64,000 nt of DNA from Syntrophales bacterium (GTDB taxonomy: Bacteria > Desulfobacterota > Syntrophia > Syntrophales > UBA2210): positions 128,001-192,000 of the forward strand of contig CAXXKT010000003.1 in the NCBI GenBank assembly GCA_963662405.2, in the 5' to 3' direction. Position numbers and translations under genes: made by a program. Positions 18,409-28,265 of this stretch are shown here, in pieces (the first letter of the stretch is position 1; every line of letters begins with the position of its first letter). The notes below the pieces were generated by a model that was not told where the DNA came from, made no database searches, and saw nothing but the letters and a program-made list of their open reading frames with translations.

Positions 18409-18448
18409 TGAAAAATGGGCGCTGTCCCTATTTAAGGCCTCTTTTCTC

Positions 18449-18477
18449 TTGACAATCCTGTTTTGGGTCACTATATT
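18449..18477 (+). promoter_or_regulatory. Sigma70-type promoter of arsR
   Basis: TTGACA-17 bp-TATATT. Confidence 0.6.
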
Positions 18478-18504
18478 CCAAAAAGACGATATGGAGGCAT
18501 GAGG

Positions 18505-18849
18505 ATGAAGACATTTCTGAAGGTGATGAAGGCACTCTCCGATCCGAGCCGTGTCAGGATCATGAAGATGCTGCAGAAACGGGTCATGTGTGTCTGCGAG
18601 ATCACGGTGGGCCTGGGAGTCGCCCAGTCCACGGCCAGCAAGCACCTGAAGATCCTGGAGGATGCCGGTCTGATTACTTCCTATAAGGAGGGCCTGTGGG
18701 TCAACTACGCATTGGCGGACGGCGAGGCGAGCCCCTACGCGGCATCGCTCATCGGCAATCTGAAGCACTGGCTGGAGGATGATCCCGGCATTGCCGAACT
18801 GGCGCTCCGACTGCCCTTGATTCACCGGGAGGAGATCTGCGGGAAGTAG
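18505..18849 (+). CDS. arsR: ArsR/SmtB family transcriptional regulator
   Basis: KALSDPSRVRI, MCVCEI, QSTASKHLKILEDAGL; GGAGG RBS. Confidence 0.9.
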   Translation: MKTFLKVMKALSDPSRVRIMKMLQKRVMCVCEITVGLGVAQSTASKHLKILEDAGLITSYKEGLWVNYALADGEASPYAASLIGNLKHWLEDDPGIAELALRLPLIHREEICGK

Positions 18850-18924
18850 GGGCTTTTTTTGTCTTGACTATATCGATATATCGCGAAATATAAAATTGGG
18901 GCATAACACGAGGGATCTGTTTTG

Positions 18925-20097
18925 ATGAAAGAACGCACCAAATTACTCATAATAGCCGCGGTCTTTCTGGCGGCCTATTACATCCCGTGGGATCATCCGT
19001 TGATCCGGCAGTCGGGACTGGAGGCCTTCATGATGCTCCGCGAGTACGCCCGCGAGCACGTCCTGACCTGTCTGATCCCCGCCTTCTTCATCGCGGGGGC
19101 GATCGCCGTCTTCGTCTCGCAGGCCTCGGTCCTGAAATATTTCGGCGCCCAGGCGAGCAAGATCCTCTCCTATTCAGTGGCCTCGGTCTCCGGCTCCATA
19201 CTGGCGGTCTGTTCCTGCACCGTCCTGCCCCTCTTTGCCGGGATCTACACCCGGGGGGCGGGGATCGGTCCGGCAACGGCATTCCTCTATTCGGGACCGG
19301 CGATCAACATCCTGGCGATCACCCTGACGGCGAAGGTCCTGGGCTGGGAGATGGGACTGGCACGCGCGATCGGCGCCATCATCTTTGCCGTTATCACCGG
19401 TCTCCTGATGGCGATGATCTTCCGAAAGGACGACGCGGCGCGGACCACCGGCCAGATCTATGTCCCGGACAGTGATGACGGCGGGCGCACCCTCCTGCAA
19501 GACACCCTGTATCTTGTGACGATGGTCCTGGTCCTGATCTTCGCCTCTTTCGCCCGCCCCGCCGAAGGGGCGGCGGGTGTGTGGTCGCTGATCTTCGCGT
19601 ACAAGTGGTATATCACCGCTGTCCTCCTGGCCGTCCTGGCCTGGATGGTGACGGCCTGGTTCCGAAAGGATGAGCGCGTCGCCTGGGTGGATTCGACCTG
19701 GGGCTTCATGAAGCAGATATTTCCCTTCCTGATCGGAGGCGTCCTGGTGGCCGGGTTCCTCCTGGGGAGGCCGGGGCATCCGGCCCTGATCCCGGAGGAG
19801 TGGGTCCAGTCGCTCCTCGGGGGGAATTCGTTGTGGGCGAACCTCTTCGCCTCGGTGGCGGGGGCGCTCATGTATTTCGCGACGCTGACGGAGATCCCGA
19901 TCCTGCAGGGGCTCCTGGGTGCCGGGATGGGGAAGGGGCCCGCCCTGGCCCTGCTCCTGGCCGGTCCAGCCCTGTCGCTACCGAACATGCTGGTGATCGG
20001 GAGCGTCATGGGGGTTAAGAAAACGGCCACCTTCTGCGGGATTATTATCATTATGTCGACAATCGTGGGGCTGCTGTACGGCGCCCTCGTCGGATGA
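18925..20097 (+). CDS. ArsP/DUF318 permease
   Basis: AVCSCTVLP, FLYSGPAIN, MYFATLTE, LLAGPALSLP. Confidence 0.85.
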   Translation: MKERTKLLIIAAVFLAAYYIPWDHPLIRQSGLEAFMMLREYAREHVLTCLIPAFFIAGAIAVFVSQASVLKYFGAQASKILSYSVASVSGSILAVCSCTVLPLFAGIYTRGAGIGPATAFLYSGPAINILAITLTAKVLGWEMGLARAIGAIIFAVITGLLMAMIFRKDDAARTTGQIYVPDSDDGGRTLLQDTLYLVTMVLVLIFASFARPAEGAAGVWSLIFAYKWYITAVLLAVLAWMVTAWFRKDERVAWVDSTWGFMKQIFPFLIGGVLVAGFLLGRPGHPALIPEEWVQSLLGGNSLWANLFASVAGALMYFATLTEIPILQGLLGAGMGKGPALALLLAGPALSLPNMLVIGSVMGVKKTATFCGIIIIMSTIVGLLYGALVG

Positions 20098-20122
20098 GCA
20101 TTTTTTGAAAGGAGATACGATT

Positions 20123-20356
20123 ATGGAAATAAAGGTACTGGGTCCTGGTTGTCCTAAATGCCAGCAAACGGAAAAAATAGTAAAAGAGGCGGTGGCGGAA
20201 GCCGGCGTGGACGCCGAGATCGAAAAGGTCTCCGATGTCATCAAGATCGCCGGGTACGGCGTCTTCGGGACCCCGGCGGTGGTGATCGACGGGGAGGTCA
20301 AGTCCGTCGGAAAGATCCCCGACAAGGAAGAGATCAAGGGGTGGTTGAAGCCCTGA
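20123..20356 (+). CDS. Small redox-active disulfide protein (MTH895/TM0996-type thioredoxin)
   Basis: IKVLGPGCPKC, TPAVVIDG. Confidence 0.88.
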   Translation: MEIKVLGPGCPKCQQTEKIVKEAVAEAGVDAEIEKVSDVIKIAGYGVFGTPAVVIDGEVKSVGKIPDKEEIKGWLKP

Positions 20357-20464
20357 CCCGAACCGGTGGATTGAATCTCGCTGGGTATCCTCTGTATGAG
20401 GTAATGCCCCGCCGCATGAGGCTTATGAACCAGAGAACTTAGTGTGTGAAGGAGTAAACAGACG

Positions 20465-21295
20465 ATGGAAATGCAAGCAGCACAAATCATGGCGTTATTG
20501 GTTACGGGTGTAGCCGTCGGTTTCGCCTCGGGGCTTCTGGGCGTGGGCGGGTGTTTTATCATGGTCCCCGTGCAGTACTGGGCGTTGACCTCCATCGGCG
20601 TGGACCCGACCATCGCCATACGGATCGCCTTCGGCACCAACCTGCTGGTGGTGCTTCCCACGGCCTTCAGCGGCGCCATGACCCATCACAGGAAAGGGGC
20701 GGTGCTGTGGAAGGCGGGGGTCACCTTCGGCATTGCCGGTGCAGCAGGCGCCTTTTTCGGTGCCTTTATCGCCTCCCATTTGCCCGGCACGGTGCTGACC
20801 GTGGCCTTCGGTATCGCCGTCATTCTCGGTGCCGTTCGGATGCTCACCGCAAAACCGCCTCAGGTTACGGATGAACCATCGGACAGCCTCGCCTCGTGTA
20901 TCCTCTGGGGTATTCCCCTGGGGATCGTTTCCGGCATCATCGGTATCGGCGGCGGTGTCCTGATGATCCCCGTCATGGTTTATTTCCTGCGGTTCAAGAT
21001 GCACCAGGCCGTGGGGACGTCAACGGCCCTGATGATCTTTACGGCTGCCGGGGGCGCGCTTTCATTCCTGATCAACGGTCTGGGCGTCGAGGGTCTTCCG
21101 CCGTATTCAACGGGGTACCTGAACTGGCTCCAGTGGATCCTGCTGGCCGGGGGCAGTATCCCCCTGGCGGTGGTGGGGGCGAAGACGGCCCATCTCTTAC
21201 CGGCCAGACAGCTCAAATATATATTTATTGCCGTCATGCTTTACATGGGGTTGAAGATGACCGGACTGTTCGCATACCTGGGCCTCCCCATCTAA
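20465..21295 (+). CDS. TauE/SafE family membrane protein
   Basis: SGLLGVGGCFIMVP and SGIIGIGGG repeats, AVGTS. Confidence 0.85.
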   Translation: MEMQAAQIMALLVTGVAVGFASGLLGVGGCFIMVPVQYWALTSIGVDPTIAIRIAFGTNLLVVLPTAFSGAMTHHRKGAVLWKAGVTFGIAGAAGAFFGAFIASHLPGTVLTVAFGIAVILGAVRMLTAKPPQVTDEPSDSLASCILWGIPLGIVSGIIGIGGGVLMIPVMVYFLRFKMHQAVGTSTALMIFTAAGGALSFLINGLGVEGLPPYSTGYLNWLQWILLAGGSIPLAVVGAKTAHLLPARQLKYIFIAVMLYMGLKMTGLFAYLGLPI

Positions 21296-21531
21296 ACATT
21301 CACGATATGGGACGAAAGGAATGCGGTACGGTCCTGCTGTCAGGATGACGTGCGAAACGACGCCCCCGAACAGCGGGGTCCGATGGCGGTAGCTGCTGCG
21401 GGTAGGAATGCTCGCCTGTCGACAGTCAGCGGTATGATCGGGAAAGAATCATCGCAACATGACAAATTAGTAATCTTCAGGTCACGTTGTCGTAAACTTC
21501 CGGATATATGAAGAACGAAGGAGAAACACAT

Positions 21532-21921
21532 ATGAAACGTATTGGCATAACGGTGGCCGTAAGCGCCCTGCTTCTGGCCGTTACGGTGGGAATACTGTCC
21601 GCCGCCGAGCAGACGAAGGACTTTGAACAGGTCCCCGTGAAGGGGATGGTGACCATGATCGATCTGGGGGCGAAAAAGTGCATCCCCTGCAAGATGATGG
21701 CCCCCATCATGGAAAAGATGGACACGGTGTACGAAGGGAAGGCGGCCATCGTATTCATCGACGTGTGGAAACACCGCGAACAGGCCCAGCGCTTCGGTGT
21801 CAAGGCCATTCCCACGCAGATCTTCTTCGACCCGGAGGGCAATGAGATCTTCCGCCACGTCGGGTTCCTGGCGGAAGATGATATTGTGAAACAGCTCGAA
21901 AAAATGGGCATATCGGGATAG
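21532..21921 (+). CDS. Exported thioredoxin-family protein
   Basis: Signal peptide, CIPC, IPTQIFFD. Confidence 0.85.
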   Translation: MKRIGITVAVSALLLAVTVGILSAAEQTKDFEQVPVKGMVTMIDLGAKKCIPCKMMAPIMEKMDTVYEGKAAIVFIDVWKHREQAQRFGVKAIPTQIFFDPEGNEIFRHVGFLAEDDIVKQLEKMGISG

Positions 21922-21952
21922 AACCCTGTCGGTTTGAAAGGAGAAGGGCTGG

Positions 21953-22678
21953 ATGTTTGAGACGTTTTTGGTAACGATCAACCAGTGGATCGGCAGCGGC
22001 GTGGCCCTTGCCGCGCTGGGGTGTTTTCTGTGGGGGATGACGAGCGTCCTGCTCAGTCCCTGTCATCTCGCGTCGATCCCCCTGATCGTCGCGTACGTCG
22101 GCGGCCAGGAACGGGCCGTCGAGCCGCGGCAGGCCGCCGTCTATTCGGTCCTCTTTGCCGTGGGGCTGTTTATCACCATCGCCCTGATTGGGGTCGTCTG
22201 CGCCCTCCTGGGGCGGATGCTGGGGGATGTGGGAAACTACTGGCAGATCCTGATCGGCGCCGTCCTGATCTGGGTGGCCCTCGGGATGCTCGGGGTGGAG
22301 AAGTGCTCCATGTCGGGCAGTCTGCTGTACCGTCTTAACCTCAGGGGCTTTGTCGGTGCCTTTGCCCTGGGGCTGGCCTACGGCGTCCTCTCCGGCTCCT
22401 GCACCTTCGGCTTCATCGCCCCGATCCTTGCCATTATCACCGTCCAGGGGAAGATCGCCACCGGTATCCTCCTGATCGTCCTGTTCGCCGTCGGCCATTG
22501 CCTGCCCATCGCGATCGCGGGGAGCTCCACGGCCGCGGTGAGGAAACTGATGGAAAGCAGCACCTGGCAGGGGGCAGGGACCTGGTTCCGCAAGGGGGCG
22601 GGGGTCCTGATCTGTCTCCTGGGAGTCTACTTCATCGTTAGTCCTTTTACGGGTTTCATCAATGCGATCGTATCGTGA
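21953..22678 (+). CDS. CcdA/DsbD-like disulfide interchange membrane protein
   Basis: LSPCHLASIP and second Cys in GSCT; multiple TM segments. Confidence 0.82.
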   Translation: MFETFLVTINQWIGSGVALAALGCFLWGMTSVLLSPCHLASIPLIVAYVGGQERAVEPRQAAVYSVLFAVGLFITIALIGVVCALLGRMLGDVGNYWQILIGAVLIWVALGMLGVEKCSMSGSLLYRLNLRGFVGAFALGLAYGVLSGSCTFGFIAPILAIITVQGKIATGILLIVLFAVGHCLPIAIAGSSTAAVRKLMESSTWQGAGTWFRKGAGVLICLLGVYFIVSPFTGFINAIVS

Positions 22679-22820
22679 AAAGCGAGTATGAAGGTATCGG
22701 AAAGATGGTTCAGTATGTCTGACGGCAGTGAAATTTTTGGCGGTTATTGATAAAAATAGACAATATGAAATATTTAATATATGAATCGTCTGCCATATAC
22801 GGCGCGTGAGAGGAATGGTA

Positions 22821-23330
22821 ATGCGAAACCGGAATCAGTCAGATTGGCGACAGGCCCTGTGGCAGATCCCCCTCATCATTTTCATGGCCGGGCTTGCCGG
22901 GCTCTGCGTCAACTGTCTGCGCCCCGACTCGCTTTCGCTGGTCGGCGACTGGTCGGCGAAGGCCGATACAGCCGAGGTCGAAACCGGGGAAAATATCGTC
23001 ATACCGATTGAAGGGGCACAGAAGCTGTTCTCGGCCGGGCTTGTCCTGTTCATCGACGCCCGTGATGCGGAGGATTACGCGTACTGTCATATCAAGGGGG
23101 CGTTGAGTCTGCCGCTGCACGACGCAGAGCGGCGTTTCCCGGAGATTGCCGGGGGGCTTCCCACGGACAAGATGATCATCACGTATTGTGACGGGGAGGG
23201 GTGTCACATGGGACATGACCTGGCGCTCTTCCTGCGGGAAAAGGGATTTTCCACTGCCTGGGAACTGGTCAACGGGATGACCGTCTGGCTGGACGCCGGT
23301 CTGCCGGTTGAAGAGGGAAACGGGGCGTAA
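22821..23330 (+). CDS. Membrane-anchored rhodanese-domain protein
   Basis: FIDAR, HIKGA, ITYCDG, GMTVW..AGLP. Confidence 0.82.
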   Translation: MRNRNQSDWRQALWQIPLIIFMAGLAGLCVNCLRPDSLSLVGDWSAKADTAEVETGENIVIPIEGAQKLFSAGLVLFIDARDAEDYAYCHIKGALSLPLHDAERRFPEIAGGLPTDKMIITYCDGEGCHMGHDLALFLREKGFSTAWELVNGMTVWLDAGLPVEEGNGA

Positions 23331-23348
23331 TCCTGAAGGAGCAAAGAA

Positions 23349-23813
23349 ATGAAATATATCGACATGTTTTTTAAAAATGCCGGCCTCACCGGTATCGTGT
23401 ATTGTGCTGCGCGATGGGTACTCGGCGTGGTGTTTATCTATGCCAGTATCCACAAGATCCTCGATCCGGCGGCCTTCGCGCAGGCGGTCTATAACTATCA
23501 GATCCTCCCGGACGGGTTGGTGAATCTGGCCGCCCTGGTGCTTCCCTGGGTGGAACTCTTCCTGGGCATCTTTCTCATCGCCGGACTCTGGATGCCGGGA
23601 GCCGCGGTGATCAGTACGTTCCTCTTCCTGATCTTCATGGCCGCCCTCTCGTATAACATCGCGCGCGGTCTGGATATCAGCTGCGGGTGTTTTTCCACCG
23701 CTCCATCGGAAGAAGCGGCCGGTATCGGGATCGTCCTGCGGGATGGGATGTTCCTGGTCGTTTCTCTGTACCTTCTCCTTGTTACATGCAGGCCGGCTCC
23801 GGCAGGTAAATAG
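23349..23813 (+). CDS. MauE/DoxX family membrane protein
   Basis: FIYASIHKILDP, LPWVE, ISCGCF. Confidence 0.85.
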   Translation: MKYIDMFFKNAGLTGIVYCAARWVLGVVFIYASIHKILDPAAFAQAVYNYQILPDGLVNLAALVLPWVELFLGIFLIAGLWMPGAAVISTFLFLIFMAALSYNIARGLDISCGCFSTAPSEEAAGIGIVLRDGMFLVVSLYLLLVTCRPAPAGK

Positions 23814-24149
23814 GGATCATCACGCCCTTGTATTACAATCGGAAGTCAATTACCAGGGCCCACTACGCCCTTCTGGCGCCTGATATACCTTTTCACGGCA
23901 CGGATATCATCCCGAAACCATACATGACTGGCGGGTTTTTTTGACAGAAGCAGCGGATTATGTCAACAAAGGCTTAAGATTTTGCGAGCATCTGCCGATA
24001 GATATTGTTGTGACGAGAGTAGCGATGGCGGCATGTGGCGCAGAGTTCCCTATGATCGTTCCATATAAAGGCGTGTGATGAATTTCATGTTTCATGTGAG
24101 AAGACGTTCACTGCAATTACAGTATGAATGAGTTATAAGATCCACGGAA

Positions 24150-24228
24150 ATCGAAGAAAAACAAACCGCTCGTAAGGGCAAGACGCAAAGCCGGGGGGTT
24201 GCTTGCGTGAATTGCCCGGGTGCTGAAT
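24150..24228 (+). promoter_or_regulatory. GEMM-I (c-di-GMP-I / cGAMP) riboswitch-like aptamer, possibly degenerate
   Basis: ATCGA..CAAACC-GCTC-GTAA-GGGC-AAGACGCAAAGCC..GCCCGGGTGCTGAAT follows the GEMM-I layout with a GNRA tetraloop; some P2 pairs are broken. Confidence 0.55.
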
Positions 24229-24421
24229 CCCTCAGGTGGAGGGGACGCGTTGCCCGAATCGTTGAGCTTCATATCGGTCAACGTTCCGGCTTCAGCAATT
24301 TTACATCCAGCGGGCATGTTCTTCTCCAACGTTCTTGTTTATTTATGCTTTTTTGAATCCAGTTCAGGATAACGTCAGGGGACCAACCGTAGAACCATTT
24401 TTCTCGGGGGGTAGGGGGACG

Positions 24422-26038
24422 ATGAGACGATCTTTTATTCTGAAAAGCGCAGACAATCAAAGGGGATACGTCTTGGTCGTCTGCCTGTTGGTTGTCGCCG
24501 CACTTCTCTTGTTGGGGACGACGGCCGTTTTACAGACAGCAACCGATCTCAAGATCAGCAGTAATTATCGAGGGACGGTTCAGGCGTTCTATGCCGCCGA
24601 AGGGGGGGTGGCGTATGGTATTGCAAAGCTGGATAAGGCGCTGCAATCCCTCACACCCAACCTTACTATCTGTTCCCCTTCTCTGTCCGGGTTTACCTTT
24701 TCCGAATTCAGTATCACACAGGGAGCGAGTTCCTACCCGGAGACCCTGAGCAGTGGTACCTTTACCGGTCTGTCCGCTTATTGTAGGAATTACACGATTA
24801 CCAGCAGCGTCAGGGGAGGTGACAATTCCGCCGCGAAGATTGTCGCCGTCGTGAAGGATATCATGATCCCCCTCTTCCAATTCGGGATTTTTTACGAAGA
24901 TGATCTGGAAATTCTCCCTGGGGCGGATATGGCCTTTACGGGGGGAAGAATCCACTCGAACAGTGATATCTATCTGAATCCGGACGGAGCAACCCTCTCT
25001 ATCGACTCCCTCGTCACGACGGCCGGCAATATGTATCGCAGGAGAAAAGGATCGACCGGTTCGGATGGCACGGTCCGGATCAAAGATGGTGATGATCAGT
25101 ATCAAGACATGACCGTCGACAGCGATAGCACAAACTGGGAGACTGAATCCCAGAGTACCTGGGACGGCCGGGTCCAGACGGAGGCTCATGGTGTATCCGA
25201 ATTGGCGCTTCCCTTGGATACAAGCGATTCAAAGGAGATACTGGGAACAGGGAGCGGAAGCCTCTATGCGAAATCCGGCTTGCGCATTGTTGACGGGATT
25301 GCCAGAGATAAGGATGGGAATGTGGTCGATCTGACCTATCCCGATCCGAACGATCCCTCGGTGACAATCAATCCCATCTCCACGTCCACCTTCTACGACC
25401 AGAGGGAGGATGCGACGGTCACCGTCACCGAGGTGAACATGGAGTCTCTCATGGGGAACAGTACCGCCATGGCCACGCTGGCCGATCCACCGGAAGGGGG
25501 GGACGCCGGTATCCTGTACATATCATCTTCGTCGGATTCCATTCGGTTGACGGACGGTGACACCCTTCCGTCAACCGGCATGACCGTGGTAACCGACCGA
25601 TCTCTCTATATCCAGGGAGATTACAATGTATCCAACAGCCCGGCATCCGTCATTGCCGATGCCGTGACCGTCCTCTCCGGCGCGTGGGACGATGCCGACA
25701 GCTATTCTTCCGACCTCAATGACAGGACCGCATCTGATACGACGGTAAATGCCGCGATCATGGGGGGGAACAGGAATACCCAGGGGAACCAGTACAGTGG
25801 CGGCGCCGAGAATTTCATCCGTTTCCTCGAGGATTGGGGCGGCAAGACATTGACCTACACCGGTTCCCTCGTTTGTCTCTGGGAGAGTCAGTATGCGACG
25901 GGGAATTGGTCGTACGGATCTCCGGTGTATACTGCCCCGACCCGAAACTGGTCCTACGGAATGAGCAGCAGCACACTTCCCCCGGGAACACCGCGGGTGC
26001 ACACGCTGCAGGTCAAATCGTGGCAGCAGATCTATTAA
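24422..26038 (+). CDS. PilX-like type IV pilus minor pilin-domain protein
   Basis: NQRG|YVLVV prepilin-like site, hydrophobic helix, QAFYAAEGG, IHSNSDI. Confidence 0.75.
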   Translation: MRRSFILKSADNQRGYVLVVCLLVVAALLLLGTTAVLQTATDLKISSNYRGTVQAFYAAEGGVAYGIAKLDKALQSLTPNLTICSPSLSGFTFSEFSITQGASSYPETLSSGTFTGLSAYCRNYTITSSVRGGDNSAAKIVAVVKDIMIPLFQFGIFYEDDLEILPGADMAFTGGRIHSNSDIYLNPDGATLSIDSLVTTAGNMYRRRKGSTGSDGTVRIKDGDDQYQDMTVDSDSTNWETESQSTWDGRVQTEAHGVSELALPLDTSDSKEILGTGSGSLYAKSGLRIVDGIARDKDGNVVDLTYPDPNDPSVTINPISTSTFYDQREDATVTVTEVNMESLMGNSTAMATLADPPEGGDAGILYISSSSDSIRLTDGDTLPSTGMTVVTDRSLYIQGDYNVSNSPASVIADAVTVLSGAWDDADSYSSDLNDRTASDTTVNAAIMGGNRNTQGNQYSGGAENFIRFLEDWGGKTLTYTGSLVCLWESQYATGNWSYGSPVYTAPTRNWSYGMSSSTLPPGTPRVHTLQVKSWQQIY

Positions 26039-26043
26039 ACAGG

Positions 26044-26130
26044 TAAACAGGGACAGCGCCCATTTTCCGCCTGATGCACGAAACTGCTTAATATTCAGGC
26101 AGTTATAAAAATGGGCGCTGTCCCTGTTTA
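26044..26130. repeat. REPIN-like element 4 (23-bp arms, 41-bp spacer)
   Basis: TAAACAGGGACAGCGCCCATTTT ... AAAATGGGCGCTGTCCCTGTTTA. Confidence 0.9.
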
Positions 26131-26407
26131 ATGGTCATGAAATTCCCCTTGCGTATATCAAATCATGTATTATGTTATAGCTGTTTTTCTTCCTGAGTAA
26201 CTCACTGCAGGACACAATCTCAATAGATCTGTGGCTGTATTGTTGGATCCGGACATTTCGGAAAGGCGGAAAGAGATACTCTGGAATTGGCTCATGACGG
26301 ATTGCACCCCATATCAACAAAAAAAGGTACTCAACACTGGTGCAAAAATGGGCAAAATAGTGTAATGCTTGTCGGAATTTCACAGATAGACAGGAGAAAA
26401 AGATCAT

Positions 26408-27388
26408 ATGGACATTACAGAGATTACCCGCCGAATTGAAAAGGAGAGCCTCACGTTCCGGCAGGTCGCGGCCGAAATCGAGAAGGTGATCGTCGGGCAG
26501 ACGGGTCTGGTGAACCGGATGCTGATCGGCCTTTTGTGCAGAGGGCATCTCCTCCTGGAGGGACTCCCCGGTCTTGCCAAGACGACCGCCGTCAAGGCGC
26601 TCGCGGATGCCATCAACACCTCCTTCAAACGGATCCAGTTTACGCCCGATCTCCTCCCGGCGGATATCATCGGGACCCAGATCTACCGGCCGGACAACGG
26701 ATCGTTCGAGGTCAACAAGGGGCCGATCTTTAATAATATCATCCTGGCGGATGAGATCAACCGGGCGCCGGCCAAGGTCCAGAGCGCCCTGTTGGAGGCG
26801 ATGCAGGAGCACCAGGTGACGATCCGGGACGCCACCTTTACCCTTCATGACCCCTTTCTCGTCCTGGCCACCCAGAACCCCATCGAGCAGGAGGGGACGT
26901 ACCCCCTCCCCGAGGCACAGATCGACCGTTTCATGATGAAGATCACGGTCGACTATCCCTCGGCTGAGGAGGAAAAGGAGATCGTCAAGCGGGTCCGGGG
27001 CGGCTTTCCCCAGGACAATCCGCAGGTGGTGGATATTTCCGACCTCAATGCGGCACGGGAGGCGCTCCATGAGATCCACATGGAGGAAAAGCTGGTCGAT
27101 TATATCGTCAGGGTGGTGAGGGCCACCCGGGAACCGGGTCGGTATCAGGCGGATCTGGAACATATGATCGCCTACGGCGCCTCCCCCCGGGGATCGATCT
27201 GGCTCGAAGAGGCGGCGCGGGCGCACGCCTTCCTGAGTGGAAGGGGATATGTGACGCCTCAGGATGTCAAATCGATGGCCCCCGATGTCCTCAGGCACCG
27301 CATCATCCTGAGTTATGAGGCGGAGGCCGAAGGCAGGACGACCGACGATATCATCAATATACTCCTGGAGCGTGTCGAGGTCCCGTAG
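26408..27388 (+). CDS. moxR: MoxR family AAA+ ATPase
   Basis: GLPGLAKT, RIQFTPDLLPAD, ADEINRA, ATQNPIEQEGTYPLPEAQ. Confidence 0.95.
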   Translation: MDITEITRRIEKESLTFRQVAAEIEKVIVGQTGLVNRMLIGLLCRGHLLLEGLPGLAKTTAVKALADAINTSFKRIQFTPDLLPADIIGTQIYRPDNGSFEVNKGPIFNNIILADEINRAPAKVQSALLEAMQEHQVTIRDATFTLHDPFLVLATQNPIEQEGTYPLPEAQIDRFMMKITVDYPSAEEEKEIVKRVRGGFPQDNPQVVDISDLNAAREALHEIHMEEKLVDYIVRVVRATREPGRYQADLEHMIAYGASPRGSIWLEEAARAHAFLSGRGYVTPQDVKSMAPDVLRHRIILSYEAEAEGRTTDDIINILLERVEVP

Positions 27389-27389
27389 G

Positions 27390-28265
27390 ATGCTGTCCGA
27401 AGAACAACTCAAGAAGATCCAGAAATTCCACTTCAGCACCCGAAAACTGGCCAGTGGACTCTTCGCCGGGCAGTATGAGAGCGCCTTCGCGGGGCAGGGC
27501 CTGGAGTTCGCCGAGGTCCGTGAATACCAGCCGGGGGACGATGTCAGGTCCATCGACTGGAACGTCTCGGCCCGGTTCGGGCACCCCTACGTCAAGGTCT
27601 TCCACGAGGAGCGGGAGCTGACGGTCATGCTTCTCCTCGACCTGTCCGGGTCCCAGCGGTTCGGGACGAGGCAGCGATTCAAGCGGGAGATCGTGGCCGA
27701 GGTGGCGGGGATGCTGGCCTTTCTTGCCATCAGGACCAACGACAAGGTCGGAGCCATCCTCTTCAGTTCCCAGGTGGAGCAGTATATCCCGCCCAAGAAG
27801 GGGGCCTCCCATGTCTGGCGGTTGATCAAGGAGATCTTTACCTACGAGCCCACCGATATGGGGACCGATATCAAGGCGGCCCTCGATTACCTCAACCGGG
27901 TCGTGAAACGTCACGCCGTCGTCTTTCTCATATCGGACTGTATGGATGGTGGCTTTGATATCCCCCTGCGGATCGCGGCGCGGAAGCACGACCTGACCAT
28001 TATCCGGATATCGGATCCGGCGGAGGAAGAACTCCCCGATGTGGGGATGGCCTGCCTGCGTGATCCCGAGACGGATCAGATGGCGCTGATCGACACGGGA
28101 AGCGGGGCCTTGAAAGAGCGGTGGCGCCGGTTCCGGGAGGAACAGCGTTCCGGTCTCTCCGATCTCCTGAATCGGTCCGGGGTCGACCTGGTCGATATCA
28201 CGACGGACGGATCGGTCTCGGAGCCCTTGGTACACCTGTTTGAAAAGAGGAGAAGGCGGCGGTGA
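27390..28265 (+). CDS. DUF58 protein
   Basis: EFAEVREYQPGDDVRSIDWNV, EERE, FLISD. Confidence 0.92.
   Translation: MLSEEQLKKIQKFHFSTRKLASGLFAGQYESAFAGQGLEFAEVREYQPGDDVRSIDWNVSARFGHPYVKVFHEERELTVMLLLDLSGSQRFGTRQRFKREIVAEVAGMLAFLAIRTNDKVGAILFSSQVEQYIPPKKGASHVWRLIKEIFTYEPTDMGTDIKAALDYLNRVVKRHAVVFLISDCMDGGFDIPLRIAARKHDLTIIRISDPAEEELPDVGMACLRDPETDQMALIDTGSGALKERWRRFREEQRSGLSDLLNRSGVDLVDITTDGSVSEPLVHLFEKRRRRR

Larger units (their letters stand above)
17691..18433. mobile_element. REPtron-like unit: RAYT gene bracketed by 21-bp inverted REP arms
   Basis: AAATAGGGACAGCGCCCATTT (17691-17711) and its inverse (18413-18433) enclose only the transposase and its promoter. Confidence 0.8.

Noticed and set aside
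18865..18895. ArsR operator palindrome (TATATCGATATA) before the permease
   Set aside because: Plausible, but too short and AT-rich to support without an alignment
9255..26130. CRISPR array or integron attC interpretation of the repeats
   Set aside because: Repeats are inverted pairs kilobases apart; no cas genes, no tyrosine integrase, no RYYYAAC/GTTRRRY ends
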